Part shown: positions 13,401-25,075 of the stretch, one piece after another | Layout of the letters: each line of letters begins with the position of its first letter | How positions within the stretch are numbered: position 1 is the first letter of the stretch | NCBI RefSeq assembly: GCF_964355755.1 | Contig: NC_092677.1 | Coordinates: 14,778,101 to 14,842,100, forward strand | Direction: 5' to 3' | Length of the DNA: 64,000 nucleotides | Source: Antedon mediterranea | Lineage: Eukaryota; Animalia; Echinodermata | Translations under genes and position numbers: made by a program | The notes under the pieces: generated by a model | Seen by the model: the letters and a program-made list of their open reading frames with translations, nothing else | What the model was told of the DNA's origin: nothing | The model's database searches: none

Positions 13401-16400
13401 TGCCATTAACTCTGTCGGAGTTGGACAACCAAGCTTGGTTTCAAATTCATTCACAACTGGAGGTGAGAGGAGAAAATAATAGATTTGTCAATGATTAGGG
13501 AATTGCAGTTGATTGAAATCAAGACCAATTGTCATTATATCTTTTGAAAAAGAAATTAAATTTTATTTTTATTTTTTTTACAGACACTAATCCAATTCCT
13601 GGACTTGATAATTCTAACCGACGTGTCATTATTACTAGTGTGAAGGTTCTTAGTCCAACAGCTTTAAAAGTGGAGTGGGAGGTTAGTACTATATTTCCTA
13701 GACATGAAAATAAAGTGTGATTGTAATGGGGAAAATAAGTAGACATAAAATACTTTTTAAATGACTGCAAAAATGTAACTTTATTATTAAATTGTTTTGT
13801 TATGTTTTTAACAGCCCAACTGTCCTCAGCCTAGCTGTACGTACAATGTCAAATACAAAAAATCCAACGGCGAAGGTGACGTAATGCAAGAAACTGCTGA
13901 GAAACCTATCAAACTTGTGACAGGACTCGAACCAGGAACATCATACACTATTACTTTACAGCCTGTATACAACTCAGTTCATGGGTTAGAAAGTGATGAA
14001 GTTACCAAAAGTACATTGGAGCAAGGTAAGCTTGTGTTAAAACATTTTAAATAGAAATGTTATTCTTAAGGTATTGTGATTGAAAATCAACCTAAATTGT
14101 AAATCAATCAATTTATATTCTTTTTTCTTTTAAACAATAAAGTACCAAGTCTATGAATTTAGAAGGAGAATCGTGTCTTTTTTATCCTGCTTGACTTCAG
14201 TGTTATGGAACTTTTTCAATTCTATAAATGCCACTTAAGATGGTATAATTTCTTTACAATCTGAGCCTTTAAAAATCATTGTTACATAGTGTATGGATAT
14301 TTTTGCCAATGTTTCAAAGTTTAACCATTTTTTTCTCTTTCAGGTCAAGGTCTAGAAACTGAAAAAATATCGAGAAACAACATAAAAGACTTACTTGACG
14401 ATTGCAACATACAGATTAAAAGTTTGACACCAGCGAGCCCCACCACTGTCCAAGTTCAATGGAAGGTCGGTGTTATTGAATTTATTCAACAGAAATCAAC
14501 AAGATTTGCGTTCATAGCTGCTTTAATACATAATACATTATCTAAATCTATAGGCTAAAGATAACTTTGAACTTGTATACAGTTACTTGATCCATGTTCA
14601 TTCCAATGAAATCTCATAATCATCAATTCCAATCAAAACCATTTTTTACTACAATCCATCCACAATGAAGTCAATTTACTTACCAAAATAGTTTTTATAT
14701 AACTGCATGTGATTAATCAATAATATTCAATATATTAGCAGAGTAATCTGTGTTATCTTAATCTAAAAAAAGAGTGCATGATGTTGCAGTTTATTTTGTA
14801 ATTTACTTTACTGGCAATGGCAGATGTACACTAGTGACAAAATGTATCAACACTGACATTATTTTAAATAATTTTGATATTGAAAATGTGTGTAGTTGGT
14901 CGCTTCCTTGTCGATGCTTTTATTGTAGAACGTAATTTATTTATTTTTCTCTGTTCAGGGTTGACCAACTAGCATAGGTGTTTAGCACCTGTTTGGTCTT
15001 TCCGTGCCTCCTTTTATAATTGTTTTGTCTTCTTATGTTTATGGCTGAAATTGAATAAATCAAAAATAAAAAATAAATATTTAAAACAATTGTAAGTACA
15101 ATATTGCTAACAACAAAGTCTGCAGAAATTATCTGAAAAAAAAATTCTAAATTATCTATTGATATTACTATTCACACAGATTGGCAAAAACCTTCATTAC
15201 GTCGATGGTGCTCATATTCGTTATTATTCCACTGATGAAGAGGAAAAATACATGATAGAAACAGCAGCCAAATTACAGGAAAACATCACACTTAAAAATT
15301 TGAAACCTTACACAGAATACTCAATTTCTCTGATACCATTTCATGGTAACACACTGGGTGAGGAAAGCAATGAAGAACAAGTTAAAACTAAAGCTGGAGG
15401 TAAAGTTTTTATATACAAATTAAGAAACTACAATTGATAATTTGTAATGAAAGTAATTACTCTCACCTCTACTCAAATTGTGTTGAGTGTTACTCTTACC
15501 TCTATTCAAATTGTGTTGAGTGTTACTCTTACCTCTAGTCAAATTTTGTTGAGTGTTACTCTTACCTCTAGTCAAATTGTGTTGAGTGTTACTCTTACCT
15601 CTAGTCAAATTGTGTTGAGTGTTACTCTTACCTCTAGTCAAATTGTGTTAAGTGTTACTCTTACCTCTAGTCAAATTGTGTTAAGTGTTACTCTTACCTC
15701 TAGTCAAATTGTGTTGAGTGTTACTCTTACCTCTAGTCAAATTGTGTTGAGTGTTACTCTTACCTCTAGTCAAATTGTGTTGAGTGTTACTCTTACCTCT
15801 AGTCAAATTGTGTTGAGTGTTACTCTTACCTCTACTCAAATTGTGAGGAGGTTTACTCTAGTCTTACCTCTAGTCAAATTGTGTTGAGTGTTACTCTTAC
15901 CTCTACTCAAATTGTGTTGAGTGTTACTCTTACCTCTACTCAAATTGTGTTGAGTGTTACTCTTACATCTAGTCAAATTGTGAGGAGGTTTACTCTTACT
16001 GTACCTCTACATCAAGCAGATCCTCTCCAACATTACATGCTAAAATTTGTAAATTAAGTAGGCTTTACAATAATGTGTTGGTCTCTGTATTTAGTTCCAG
16101 CAATTGCTCCACAAGATGTGTACGCTATGCATCAGAACGCCACTACGATTTTAGTAGGCTGGCAACAGATCCAATCCTGGGATGTTCCTGGATTGATAAC
16201 TGAATACCTGGTGATGTGCATTGCTGAAAATCCCAAGTACAATAGGAACATAACTGTTGACGGTGAAGAAAACTCTGTATTGGTAACTGGTCTGCAACCA
16301 GGCGTCAAGTATCATGTTCAAGTGATGGCTTCCACAGAAACTGGTGCAGGACCAGTCAGTTCTTCTGTCGAAATTAATGGTAAAGTTCAGGTTTCTCTTT

Positions 16401-19400
16401 ATTGTCGTGTAGAAAGTTACATACAAAAGGTGTAAAAATACATAAAATCGGCTAGATTGTAGTAAAATTTGCAGAAGGAAGAAATTAGTTATTGTGAAGA
16501 AAACTTTTCTTTATTTCTTTAATAACATAATATTTGTTGGAATGTGGAGATACTGTCAATTACTGATTTGGGAAATCTTTAAAAAAAAAGGATATTTTGT
16601 GATCATTATATCTTAGATTTTATTAAGTTACATAAAACAATCATTACTATTATCTAGTTCTTACAAATTCATCTTTTTATTTCAGAAATACCAATTGAAG
16701 ATGATATTACCAATAATAATTTATCTCCTCTTGTTCTTGGCGTTATTGTTGGTGCATTCATCGTCATATTCTCCTGTTTTATCTTTTTCCTCTGTAAATG
16801 GAGACAGGCCAAGAAAAACAGTGATATTGAATACAAGGGTATGAATGTTTGACAATATATATTTCCTAGTTTCTAGTTCTTCAAATTGTAGAGATGTTGT
16901 TATATATTTTTATATAACACCTATATAAATTCCTGTCATTTGATTGGACGAATGTGGGTCACATGGCGTGCAATAGTACGCACTATTCAACGATCGTTAA
17001 ATAGTACTTTTTGAAACATTTTTGTTTGTTATTTAGATGTTATATAAAACAAATAATGAATGTTTTGTATTTGTGTAATGGTACAAATAATGGCACTTGG
17101 TGAATGATGAAAGGTTATATCAACTCGGCTTTGCCTCGTTGATATAACCTTTCATCATTCACCTCGTGCCATTATTTGTACCATTGCACTCATAAACATT
17201 CATTATTTGTATAATATTTTGTGGTGGTGTTATCAGTTTATTTTGGTATAATATCATATTTATATATCATTTACCTAAATTATTTAGAGCAAAAAATTAT
17301 TAATAAATAACATTTATTCTCACCAAATTTCTTATAATTTAATTATTGTGGAAAAGTGAAATGTTGCTACAAATTCATTTGCTTTTGTACTTTTAAAACT
17401 TTTTTTTTCTTTTGTTGTGTTTTTACATATAATTTATAAACATGTATTTTACTATTATTTAGATCACTCTCACCACTTTATTTTGTTTAGTAATCATTTG
17501 TAAAATATGTAGTCTACATTAGATAGAAACTGGATGACATGAAGAATTTTCCCTGTATTGGTCTTCGCAGAGAATTATATATAATATATATTTGTTGATG
17601 GTGTTATTTATGCTCTAACTTTGGTGTTGAGCATTTTTCCTAATTTCTTGATACTTTTAACTTGGACATAATTATATTAATGTATGTATATAGTAATTGT
17701 CAGACATTTTTAAAATGTACATTCAATTGTTTTGTTGATAGTGTAAAGCTGTTGTTAGATATTAGATTTATTTGCATGTGAGTGAAAAATTCAAAGTAGA
17801 ACATTTTCTTTGTCGCCAATTTTATTCCATCGCTTCTTCCCTTCTTGATTATAATTTTTGTTTTTCTTTATCGCTAAAGCTGTCGGAAGCCGTTATGTTT
17901 TAGGTACGTTGATAAAATCACAAAATTGAGTGATTTAGTCAGATTCATCTGGCGATTGGTTGATTAATAATTATGCGCATATGTAAATTTCCCTTATTAG
18001 GGATTGTTTTAACTTATCTGTTGAATGTGCTGTTGCAGAATGTACTTCAGTTTCATTTTTTTTTTTTATGTTGCGACATAATTTGTTGATAGTGTTTTGT
18101 GTTGTTATAGGGTGACGATTGAATTTTTGCTATTTAATGAGTAAACAGCATGCATAATTTAAGTGATATTATACTATTACCAAGGAACTAATAGAGCAAT
18201 ATGTGCTTTAAACTTTTCCCAGTAAAGTCCCAAGTAACCTGCTGCTACACTAATGTCATTTAAGCAAATACTTTTTGAACTGTACACCTAGAAATGTATT
18301 TACTATTTATTTAGTTATTCAATGTTGTTTTACAAGTGTAGCTCTAACAGCTGTACTACAGCAGTACAGCTGACTTGAAGAGGCCCTCTTGAAAACAATT
18401 CAAAAATCTACAAACAACATTAAAACATAAAGATACAAGAGGATTTATAAAGTTAAAATTCTTATCCTGTATAATATCATACATTGCTGACTTGGAACTG
18501 CAATGAGCAATATTAAACCACTAATGATGCCTTTTAATAAGATAGGAATTCTCCTTCCAATAGTGTGTTTCTTGGGGTGGAGATATTATTAATTAAGGAA
18601 ATGCTTGGGTATAACAATGTTATAGTACAAACAAATGTCATCAATGGCTTATGTTTCATGTTGTATTTTTTGTGTATTCTGTTTTGATGTAAATGCATGG
18701 AAAATATTATTTGCCTTTTTTCTCCATTTTACTTTGATTAAACCTCTTTCATTTATTAAGTTCTGTCTACACTATCAAACTAGTTTAACAAAAAAAGTGT
18801 GATGTGGCCAAATATGGTAGTGATATGCTTAAATACTGTAGTGATATGACATCCTCATGTCCATTTATGGGCACATCACATTTTTTAAACTATAAAGTTT
18901 GATAGTGTAGACAGAGCTTTATTTATTACAATTACTGCCATTTTGTTTTATACTGCATGAAGCAAACCAATCACCCATTAGTTCTGTGATTTTTTATAGT
19001 AATTATACTGACAGTAAGTTAGAATTATAGGTTGACATCATTGTTAGATAAGTTATTTTGCAGAACCTTGTCTAACCTTTTTTTTCTTGCATTTTAACAG
19101 TAATAGAACACATTGTAATTCATGTCATTACATTTACTTTACCAATAGATTATCAAACATTTGATTAATGCATAATAATTTTGTTCATGTAAAAGCTATA
19201 TGTAAATGTTGTTCTTTTTTTTTCTTCAGGCCCAGTTAGCCAGGATAATTCAGATATTGCAAGGTAGGTATGAATATTTATTTTAATAATTGACTGATTT
19301 CAACAATAATAACATTTATATTAGGAATGATATACACTTTCAAATTTTATGTGACAAATATGATTTGCCAAATATGGTAGTGATATGGCCAAGTATGGTA

Positions 19401-22400
19401 GTAATGACATGATCATGTCCATATATGGGCACATCACACTTTTTTTGTCAAATAAAGTTCAATAGTGTAGACAGAGCTTCAAAGGCAGTTTATTAAAATT
19501 TGTTAAATTATTTTCTCTTCAGACATGTACAACCTGCCTATGGACATCAACAGACAGCTACATGGCACAACCAACAGGAGGACTTTTACAGTCAAACACA
19601 TGGTAACCAACGAAGATGTTTACCTGCATGCTGTAGAATAGACCACTCCATTTATGATTTATCACAGAAACGCGAGTGTTTTAATGCAAACGGCTTAATG
19701 AGTCAGATTCGCTGGGTCAAGAACGATAACGGTGGGGTTAATTCCTTTTACATGTGACTTTCTGTTGCCGGTGTTGGATACTACCACGCTTGCGAAGACT
19801 GCAACTAATCCATGTTCAAATGGATAAACTTGCCAATTTGATCTAGTTTCGTTTCCAATTCAACCTAATTCTGATTCAAGTTAGCAGTAGTTCTGCTTAT
19901 TGGGCCTTATTCTTTATTGTCTTGTAAAGTTTTTTGTACGTTCATGTGTTGATTTAAATGCCATTCTGACTACCAACATTTAATAACCCACACTGTAGGA
20001 CTAAAAATGCTATTTCTTGGCAAAGTTTTTTCAGCTTGTTTAACTCTATAAACTTCTTTATAAGTAATGTTTATAAATCTTAATGTTAAACATATCTAAA
20101 AAAATTATAAAAGTCATTCCAATTCAGAATTTGAGTAATGATTGCCGAATTTTCACTTACCTCTGATTTAATATTCTTTTACTGTTTAATACATATCATT
20201 CTAATATATTTAAATGGATTGCATATATAACATGCTTGCATTAGTATAGTATTCTTATTAACATTACTTTAATTATTTATCTTTCTTTTTGTTTATTGAA
20301 TTTAAAAGCATGGACTTACCTCAAACGTCATGGTAATTCTAACATATGTTTAATTGACGTTTTTTTTTTAAAGCACTCATTTGCACGTGTATGTTTCTAA
20401 ATGTATGTAAAATGATTTAAATTTGATTGATAATTTTCATGTAATTTGATTGCAGGCTCAGATAGTCTTCATAGCAGCATGGAACAATATGCAGAGACTG
20501 GGATGGTAGTGATGCTACCAAATAGTAGCAACATGTTCTCAAACATAGACCCAACTGCAGGCACTATGACATGCAGGTAAGATTGAAGTCGTGTATGACA
20601 ATATGTCAATGAGAAAGGTCAAAGGTTTGGTCACTGTAACCAAAATAAAATGTTATTGTTATTTATTACTATTATTAACTGTTATTAAATATGGTTTCTG
20701 TTTTTAGTCGAATCACACCAGAATATGCTGTGGTTGAAAACGCTGGAAGTCCGCCATCCACACCACACTCGATGCAGACACTGCCATACCCACCACGTAA
20801 TCATAATTACGCAATTGAATATAACCGCACCACAAGTTTACCACCACACATGACCCAACCTTATGCATCAACTACCCTTGTTCTACCAGCAACCATGAGA
20901 GAATATCAGGAGAGGCAACAAAGTCGTGGTAACAGTAGTAATTCCGAACATTCTGGTTCAAGCCGAAGTGCTTTCAAGAAACCATGGAACGGAGAGCTAG
21001 ATAATGGTGGATTTAGTAGCAGTGGGGGATCTGTACCTCCCCCCTTACCCCCAGATAGACTAGGTAAGCTTCAGACTGTCTTAAAGACTTCTTTACTTTA
21101 CTCATAATCTGTGAAAGGTAATTTCCTGTTAGTGTAACGCAACCTCTCTTTTAATGTGGGCACAATTTATTACAATGCGTGCCTATATAAACTGAATAAT
21201 TGAAGATGTGTTTGGCATGTCTCTATAATAAATCGTCAACAGGTGTTATACTGTAGTTCTGATTGCATGTAAACCTGAGTACCTCTGTAGTATTATGTAA
21301 CACCTGGTTATTCAAATTGTTTATCTTGCCTATTCATTTTTTTCGAAATAAACTATGAAATATTTATACTCATCAGCACAATAAAAGTGAGACTTCTATA
21401 TAAAATACGACAAGACTATATTAAGCTCTCGTCTTTTGATAGTGTGAACATATTTTGTCGTTGTCCGTGAGAGTTGTTTATTTTTCTCCACATATTGTAT
21501 TGTATATTATGTGTTTATAATGACAGGTTCCCACAGCTGAACAAAATTAATCCTTATCACACACAACCAATCTTTACTTGATCAAATTATTTTGATAGTT
21601 AAATTGAATCGGCTTGTTTGTTGGAAAAAGTACCCATTTTTTATTAGTCTTGATGGTAGTAGGAACCTACCATTATTTGTATGGTCAACTGTTTCCCAAA
21701 ACAGACACTCCTGTATTTTTTTTCTAAAGCTCTGTCTACACTATTTAAAAAGTGTGATGACATTTTGTTATCGCATACAGTTTGATAGTGTAGACAGAAC
21801 GCTTTTAATAGTATCAGGGGAGTTGACCTTTGTTACTTTTTGCTTTCAATATTCCCTTTGTAATGTCTATTTTTCCATTTTCTTTTAACTGTTATTACCT
21901 GCATCTTTGACTATGGTTTGCCTATTGTGTACTTTGATTGATTGATGTTCTTATTTTGCTTGCATCTTAACCCCCTTCCAGGCACCCTAGGCTCTTGCAT
22001 GTCTGAATGTACGTGTACAACAAATGGTGTCCTCACAGACTCAGGTGGTAGTTCTGTTGGTAAGTGGCCAATGGGTATAGCTTCCTCTTAGACGCTTGCC
22101 TTCTATATATTTATTACATTTTATGATTACTATTCCTGACACTGACAGCAATAAAAATTAAAATTATTATTCGTAATGTTAAAAACTATGTTTGTAAGCT
22201 TTTTATCACTTACTATCACTAAACAATTTATCCAAATATTGACCACAAATATTAATAAATAGTTTTATGTCTGGTGGTTAATTTTACAGTAATATTTTGA
22301 GAATTTTTATTCACCTAATTTAGGTAAAGTCCAACACTGAGCTATAAGCCATTCCGAATAATAATCTATAAAAAAAGATCCTTCCTCTAATTATGTTTAT

Positions 22401-25075
22401 GCTTATATCCACATTAGATCAGTAGAAGCACTTACATTGGCACTTCTTATTGCAATTTAATTAATTAATAAATATATTGTTAGCACATAGCTTTATGTTT
22501 GTGAATTCATTATAGTTTAAGAGTAATAGTACACAGAACAAAATGGTTTTTTTTTGACAAATATTAACTGCAGGATCTACTAAATAGATTAGTACGTTGT
22601 ATAACCATATTGCAATTTTTTTTGTCTCTAGATGAAAGGGGAAATCGTCGAAGGCGAACATATCCACGTGGACATAAGCTCCCTGCTCCGAATATAACAG
22701 AATTACTACCGCCACCACCAGAACACCCACCTCCATCCGATATTGAATCTACCTTTGGTTCCCATCACACCCTGCCCACAAACCATCACCATGGTGCCAC
22801 CATTCCCATGTCTTCCAATCCTGTAACACAACCGCACATCACAACAAACCCCCTCTCACAGATGGACATGTCGTACAATAAAAATTATGGCCCCTTGCCT
22901 GTTATACAACAAATACAATACCCAGAATCGAATAGTGACAATAATGCAAGTCCAGTTACACGCATGCATCACGGCGGCAGCGATTGTACATCAGACTCTA
23001 ATAATCTACGAGACTCTGCAGTGTCGCCGACAACACAGAATATTTGTAACCTTCACATGCGACAGAGCCCTCACAATAACGTGATAACGAATCATCAAGT
23101 GTTTGAGGATCCAAGACACGCAGAACTTGGCCAAGAACTCTTACAGTTCAATGATGATGTGTCGCAGAGTGAAGCCATGTCTGATAATGAGGATCTGCGG
23201 CCTGTCATGCCAGCTACATGTAGATTAAAGCAAACGCCTTCAGGTAAAACTCCTTTATTCTTTGAGAACTTACAGTATGTGCCTTTAAAAAAAAGGTGGC
23301 CTAACTCTAAAATAAAGATTTTTATAATGTTGCTATTTATGTTGTACACAACCAAAAATCATCAAACGTGCCATCTTAGTTTCCATGTTCCTCTGTTAAG
23401 ATCCAGTCTTACAATTTAGAAACATTTGAGTTAACTTCTCATACATAATAGGTACAAACACGTTTTCATGTTGTGTTATAGTGACCCAATCATCAGGTGC
23501 ATAGCTCTGAAAGTCAATAGCTGAAAATGATACATATAGGGTGCGTCCGAGCTTTGTTATTAACCCGGGTAAAGTAATGAATAAAAAGTAAAGTTAATGA
23601 TAATTGGTCCAAGATAATCGATTATTATCTTACCCTTTTCTTTATAGTACTGTAAACTGTGTATCTTGTTGAATTATTTAGGTCCAGGCCTTTCATTAGG
23701 ATTTACTAATGGAGTAGGATATAGAGGGGGAGGAGGAACAGCACAGTCTTATCCCTACCTATCAGAGATGTCTGAAGTATCAGAATCAGAGATGTCTGCA
23801 AAAGATGATGAAACGGATTTAGAGAGTAATTGCACCGGTATGTATTCTTATCTAAAAATCATACATTCTTTTGAAGGTCGGAGTGCGCAAACCAACCAGA
23901 ACATGTACTCCATGACCTCGCCAGAGAGCTTTCGATTAACGACTTCGGAGAACTGGCATGTTTATTCATTATGGGAAATTGCAACATGCTTTTTCTTGAC
24001 ACAATTTTGGCGGATTTTAGGTTCAAACGACAAACAAAGACGTCTTTAAAACTGAATATCTTTATTCAAAATCCTGTTCATATAGATTCTATGATGGCAT
24101 CATGGGCTTCAATCAATGTCAGTGGGAGTGAAAGCAGTGCCCGGAACAGCCGTTTGTCAAGCTCCGATGGTTCCTTCTTCACAGATACCGACTTTGCCAG
24201 CGCCCTCACACAAGCTGCTGAAAATGTTGGAATACCAGTTGTGAGCTCCAATGGTGTGCAACACAAAAATGGTAAGTTGGTCAAATTAATAGAAATCTTT
24301 ACCATCTACAACAAATTTGGATTGCATTTTCAGTTTTGTCTTTATACTTCAATTTAATGAGATTGCTTTAACTTTCAGATAAAAACAAATCTGCTCTGAA
24401 GAATTTTCGGCAACGGTTCCCAAGCGACACTGACAGCTGTGCCAGTGGAGCAGAGGTTAAGAAAAAACGACCGACTGCTAGAAAGAAGAATATTCAAGAT
24501 CCTAGCCAGAGTAAGAATAAATCTTGTTTGATTCCAATGACAGTCAACTCTATCAAAAAGGCATTCTCAAAATTAGATATTCTCCCAAACTCAGAGATCC
24601 CAAATCCTGGTTAATTGCATTCTGAAAAACAGTACATTTCAGAAAACCAGATATTTAGAAATAGAAGGAAAAACTCATTAAAATTTCATTTTTATTGGAT
24701 GAATAAAATGTTTATTTTTGTATATATTGTATATTATAATGTTTTGTGTATGTTGTAGTGCATTAATTTCTGCTTATTTTTACAGAAGAGGTGCAATCAA
24801 ATCTAAGGAATGGTGGTTTAAAAGTAGATCAAATTGACGCCAATAAAGAAGCAGCATCACTGCAAAATGACACTGAATTGCCACCATATGATAAACCTGA
24901 ATTTCCGTCGTCATCTCCCAGCAATACCTTTTCCAGTAGGAGAAGTCGTAGGTCAGATGGCGACCTAGAGCCGAATGAACTAACAAACATGGTAGAATTA
25001 TATCGTGACATGAACGACCTCGGAATGACTTTAACTAATAATCCGTTAGCTTTAAGTGCAAATACTAGCGTTTGA
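7423..25075 (+). CDS. robo: Roundabout (Robo/SAX-3) family axon-guidance receptor, 5'-partial multi-exon CDS (Ig2, Ig4, Ig5, 4x FN3, TM, cytoplasmic CC0/CC1/CC2)
   Basis: Manually spliced GT-AG exons with compatible phases: 7423-7610, 7856-7946, 8520-8665, 8796-8949, 12168-12321, 12487-12611, 12835-13014, 13313-13462, 13584-13681, 13815-14025, 14344-14465, 15180-15399, 16095-16379, 16686-16838 (TM), [17880-17903], 19230-19263, 19523-19602, [20309-20332], 20456-20576, 20708-21063, 21982-22059, 22632-23243, 23682-23837, 24086-24271, 24379-24510, 24786-25075 (TGA). Diagnostic Robo motifs: Ig2 LKNEFKKNPQDV..LECTPPRAFPVP; Ig5 LPPIIKVCPYNQTL; CC1-like QPYASTTLV; CC2 [35 protein letters not shown] (ROBO1 has [22 protein letters not shown]). 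Confidence 0.95.
10399..10769 (-). mobile_element. tRNA-headed SINE with Deu/Nin-like central domain
   Basis: Minus strand: A box TGGCCGAGCGGTTAAGG, B box GGGTTCGAGGCC, central CTTCTCGGATAAGGACTATAAACCGTAGGTCC..TAAAGAAACCC..TATTCGAAAGAGAGTAGGGGGTTACCCCGGTG resembling the DeuSINE core, and an (AAAT/AAAAT)n tail. Confidence 0.75.
11350..11490 (-). mobile_element. Degenerate tRNA-derived CORE/V-type SINE fragment
   Basis: Minus strand GTGTGGCACAGTG..GAGTTCAAATCC..GTATCCTTAGGCAAGACACTTTAC..TGCCTCTCTCCACCCA..TGGGTAC is a typical SINE head plus conserved core. Confidence 0.6.
14880..15077 (+). mobile_element. Probable LINE (CR1/L2-type) 3'-end remnant; similar remnants ~8050-8250(-), ~13060-13190(-), ~62545-62780(-)
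   Basis: T-rich body, short GC-richer stem-loop segment, AATAAA and a simple-repeat tail; no coding evidence. Confidence 0.3.
15457..16009. repeat. 33-bp minisatellite (~16 copies) in a robo intron
   Basis: Unit TTACTCTTACCTCTAGTCAAATTGTGTTGAGTG with few variants; two units carry a GAGGAGGTT variant. Confidence 0.95.
16686..16838 (+). CDS. robo: Robo transmembrane exon
   Basis: Exon bounded by ttcag and gtatga encodes EIPIEDDITNNNLSPLVLGVIVGAFIVIFSCFIFFLCKWRQAKK: a hydrophobic helix followed by basic stop-transfer residues. Not in the ORF track. Confidence 0.9.
16911..17225 (+). mobile_element. Non-autonomous hairpin repeat, copy 1 (possibly Crypton-like)
   Basis: Near-identical to 31270-31583. 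Has TATATAACA..TGTTATATA inverted ends, then a ~160-bp hairpin centred on CAACTCGGCTTTGCCTCGTTG. Confidence 0.75.
18759..18918. mobile_element. PIF/Harbinger-like MITE (related copies ~19333-19478, ~21728-21803, ~31094-31203)
   Basis: TIRs AG(C/T)TCTGTCTACACTATCAAACT...AGTTTGATAGTGTAGACAGAGCT, flanked by TTA on both sides. Internal GTAGTGATATG repeats are shared among the longer copies. Confidence 0.75.

Noticed and set aside
15420-15887. ORFs with 11-aa repeats (VLSVTLTSSQI / TRGKSNTQHNL)
   Set aside because: Translation of the intronic 33-bp minisatellite; the flanking Robo exons join in phase without it.
15457-16009. CRISPR-like appearance of ~33-bp repeats
   Set aside because: Head-to-tail repeats with no unique spacers, eukaryotic context and no cas genes.
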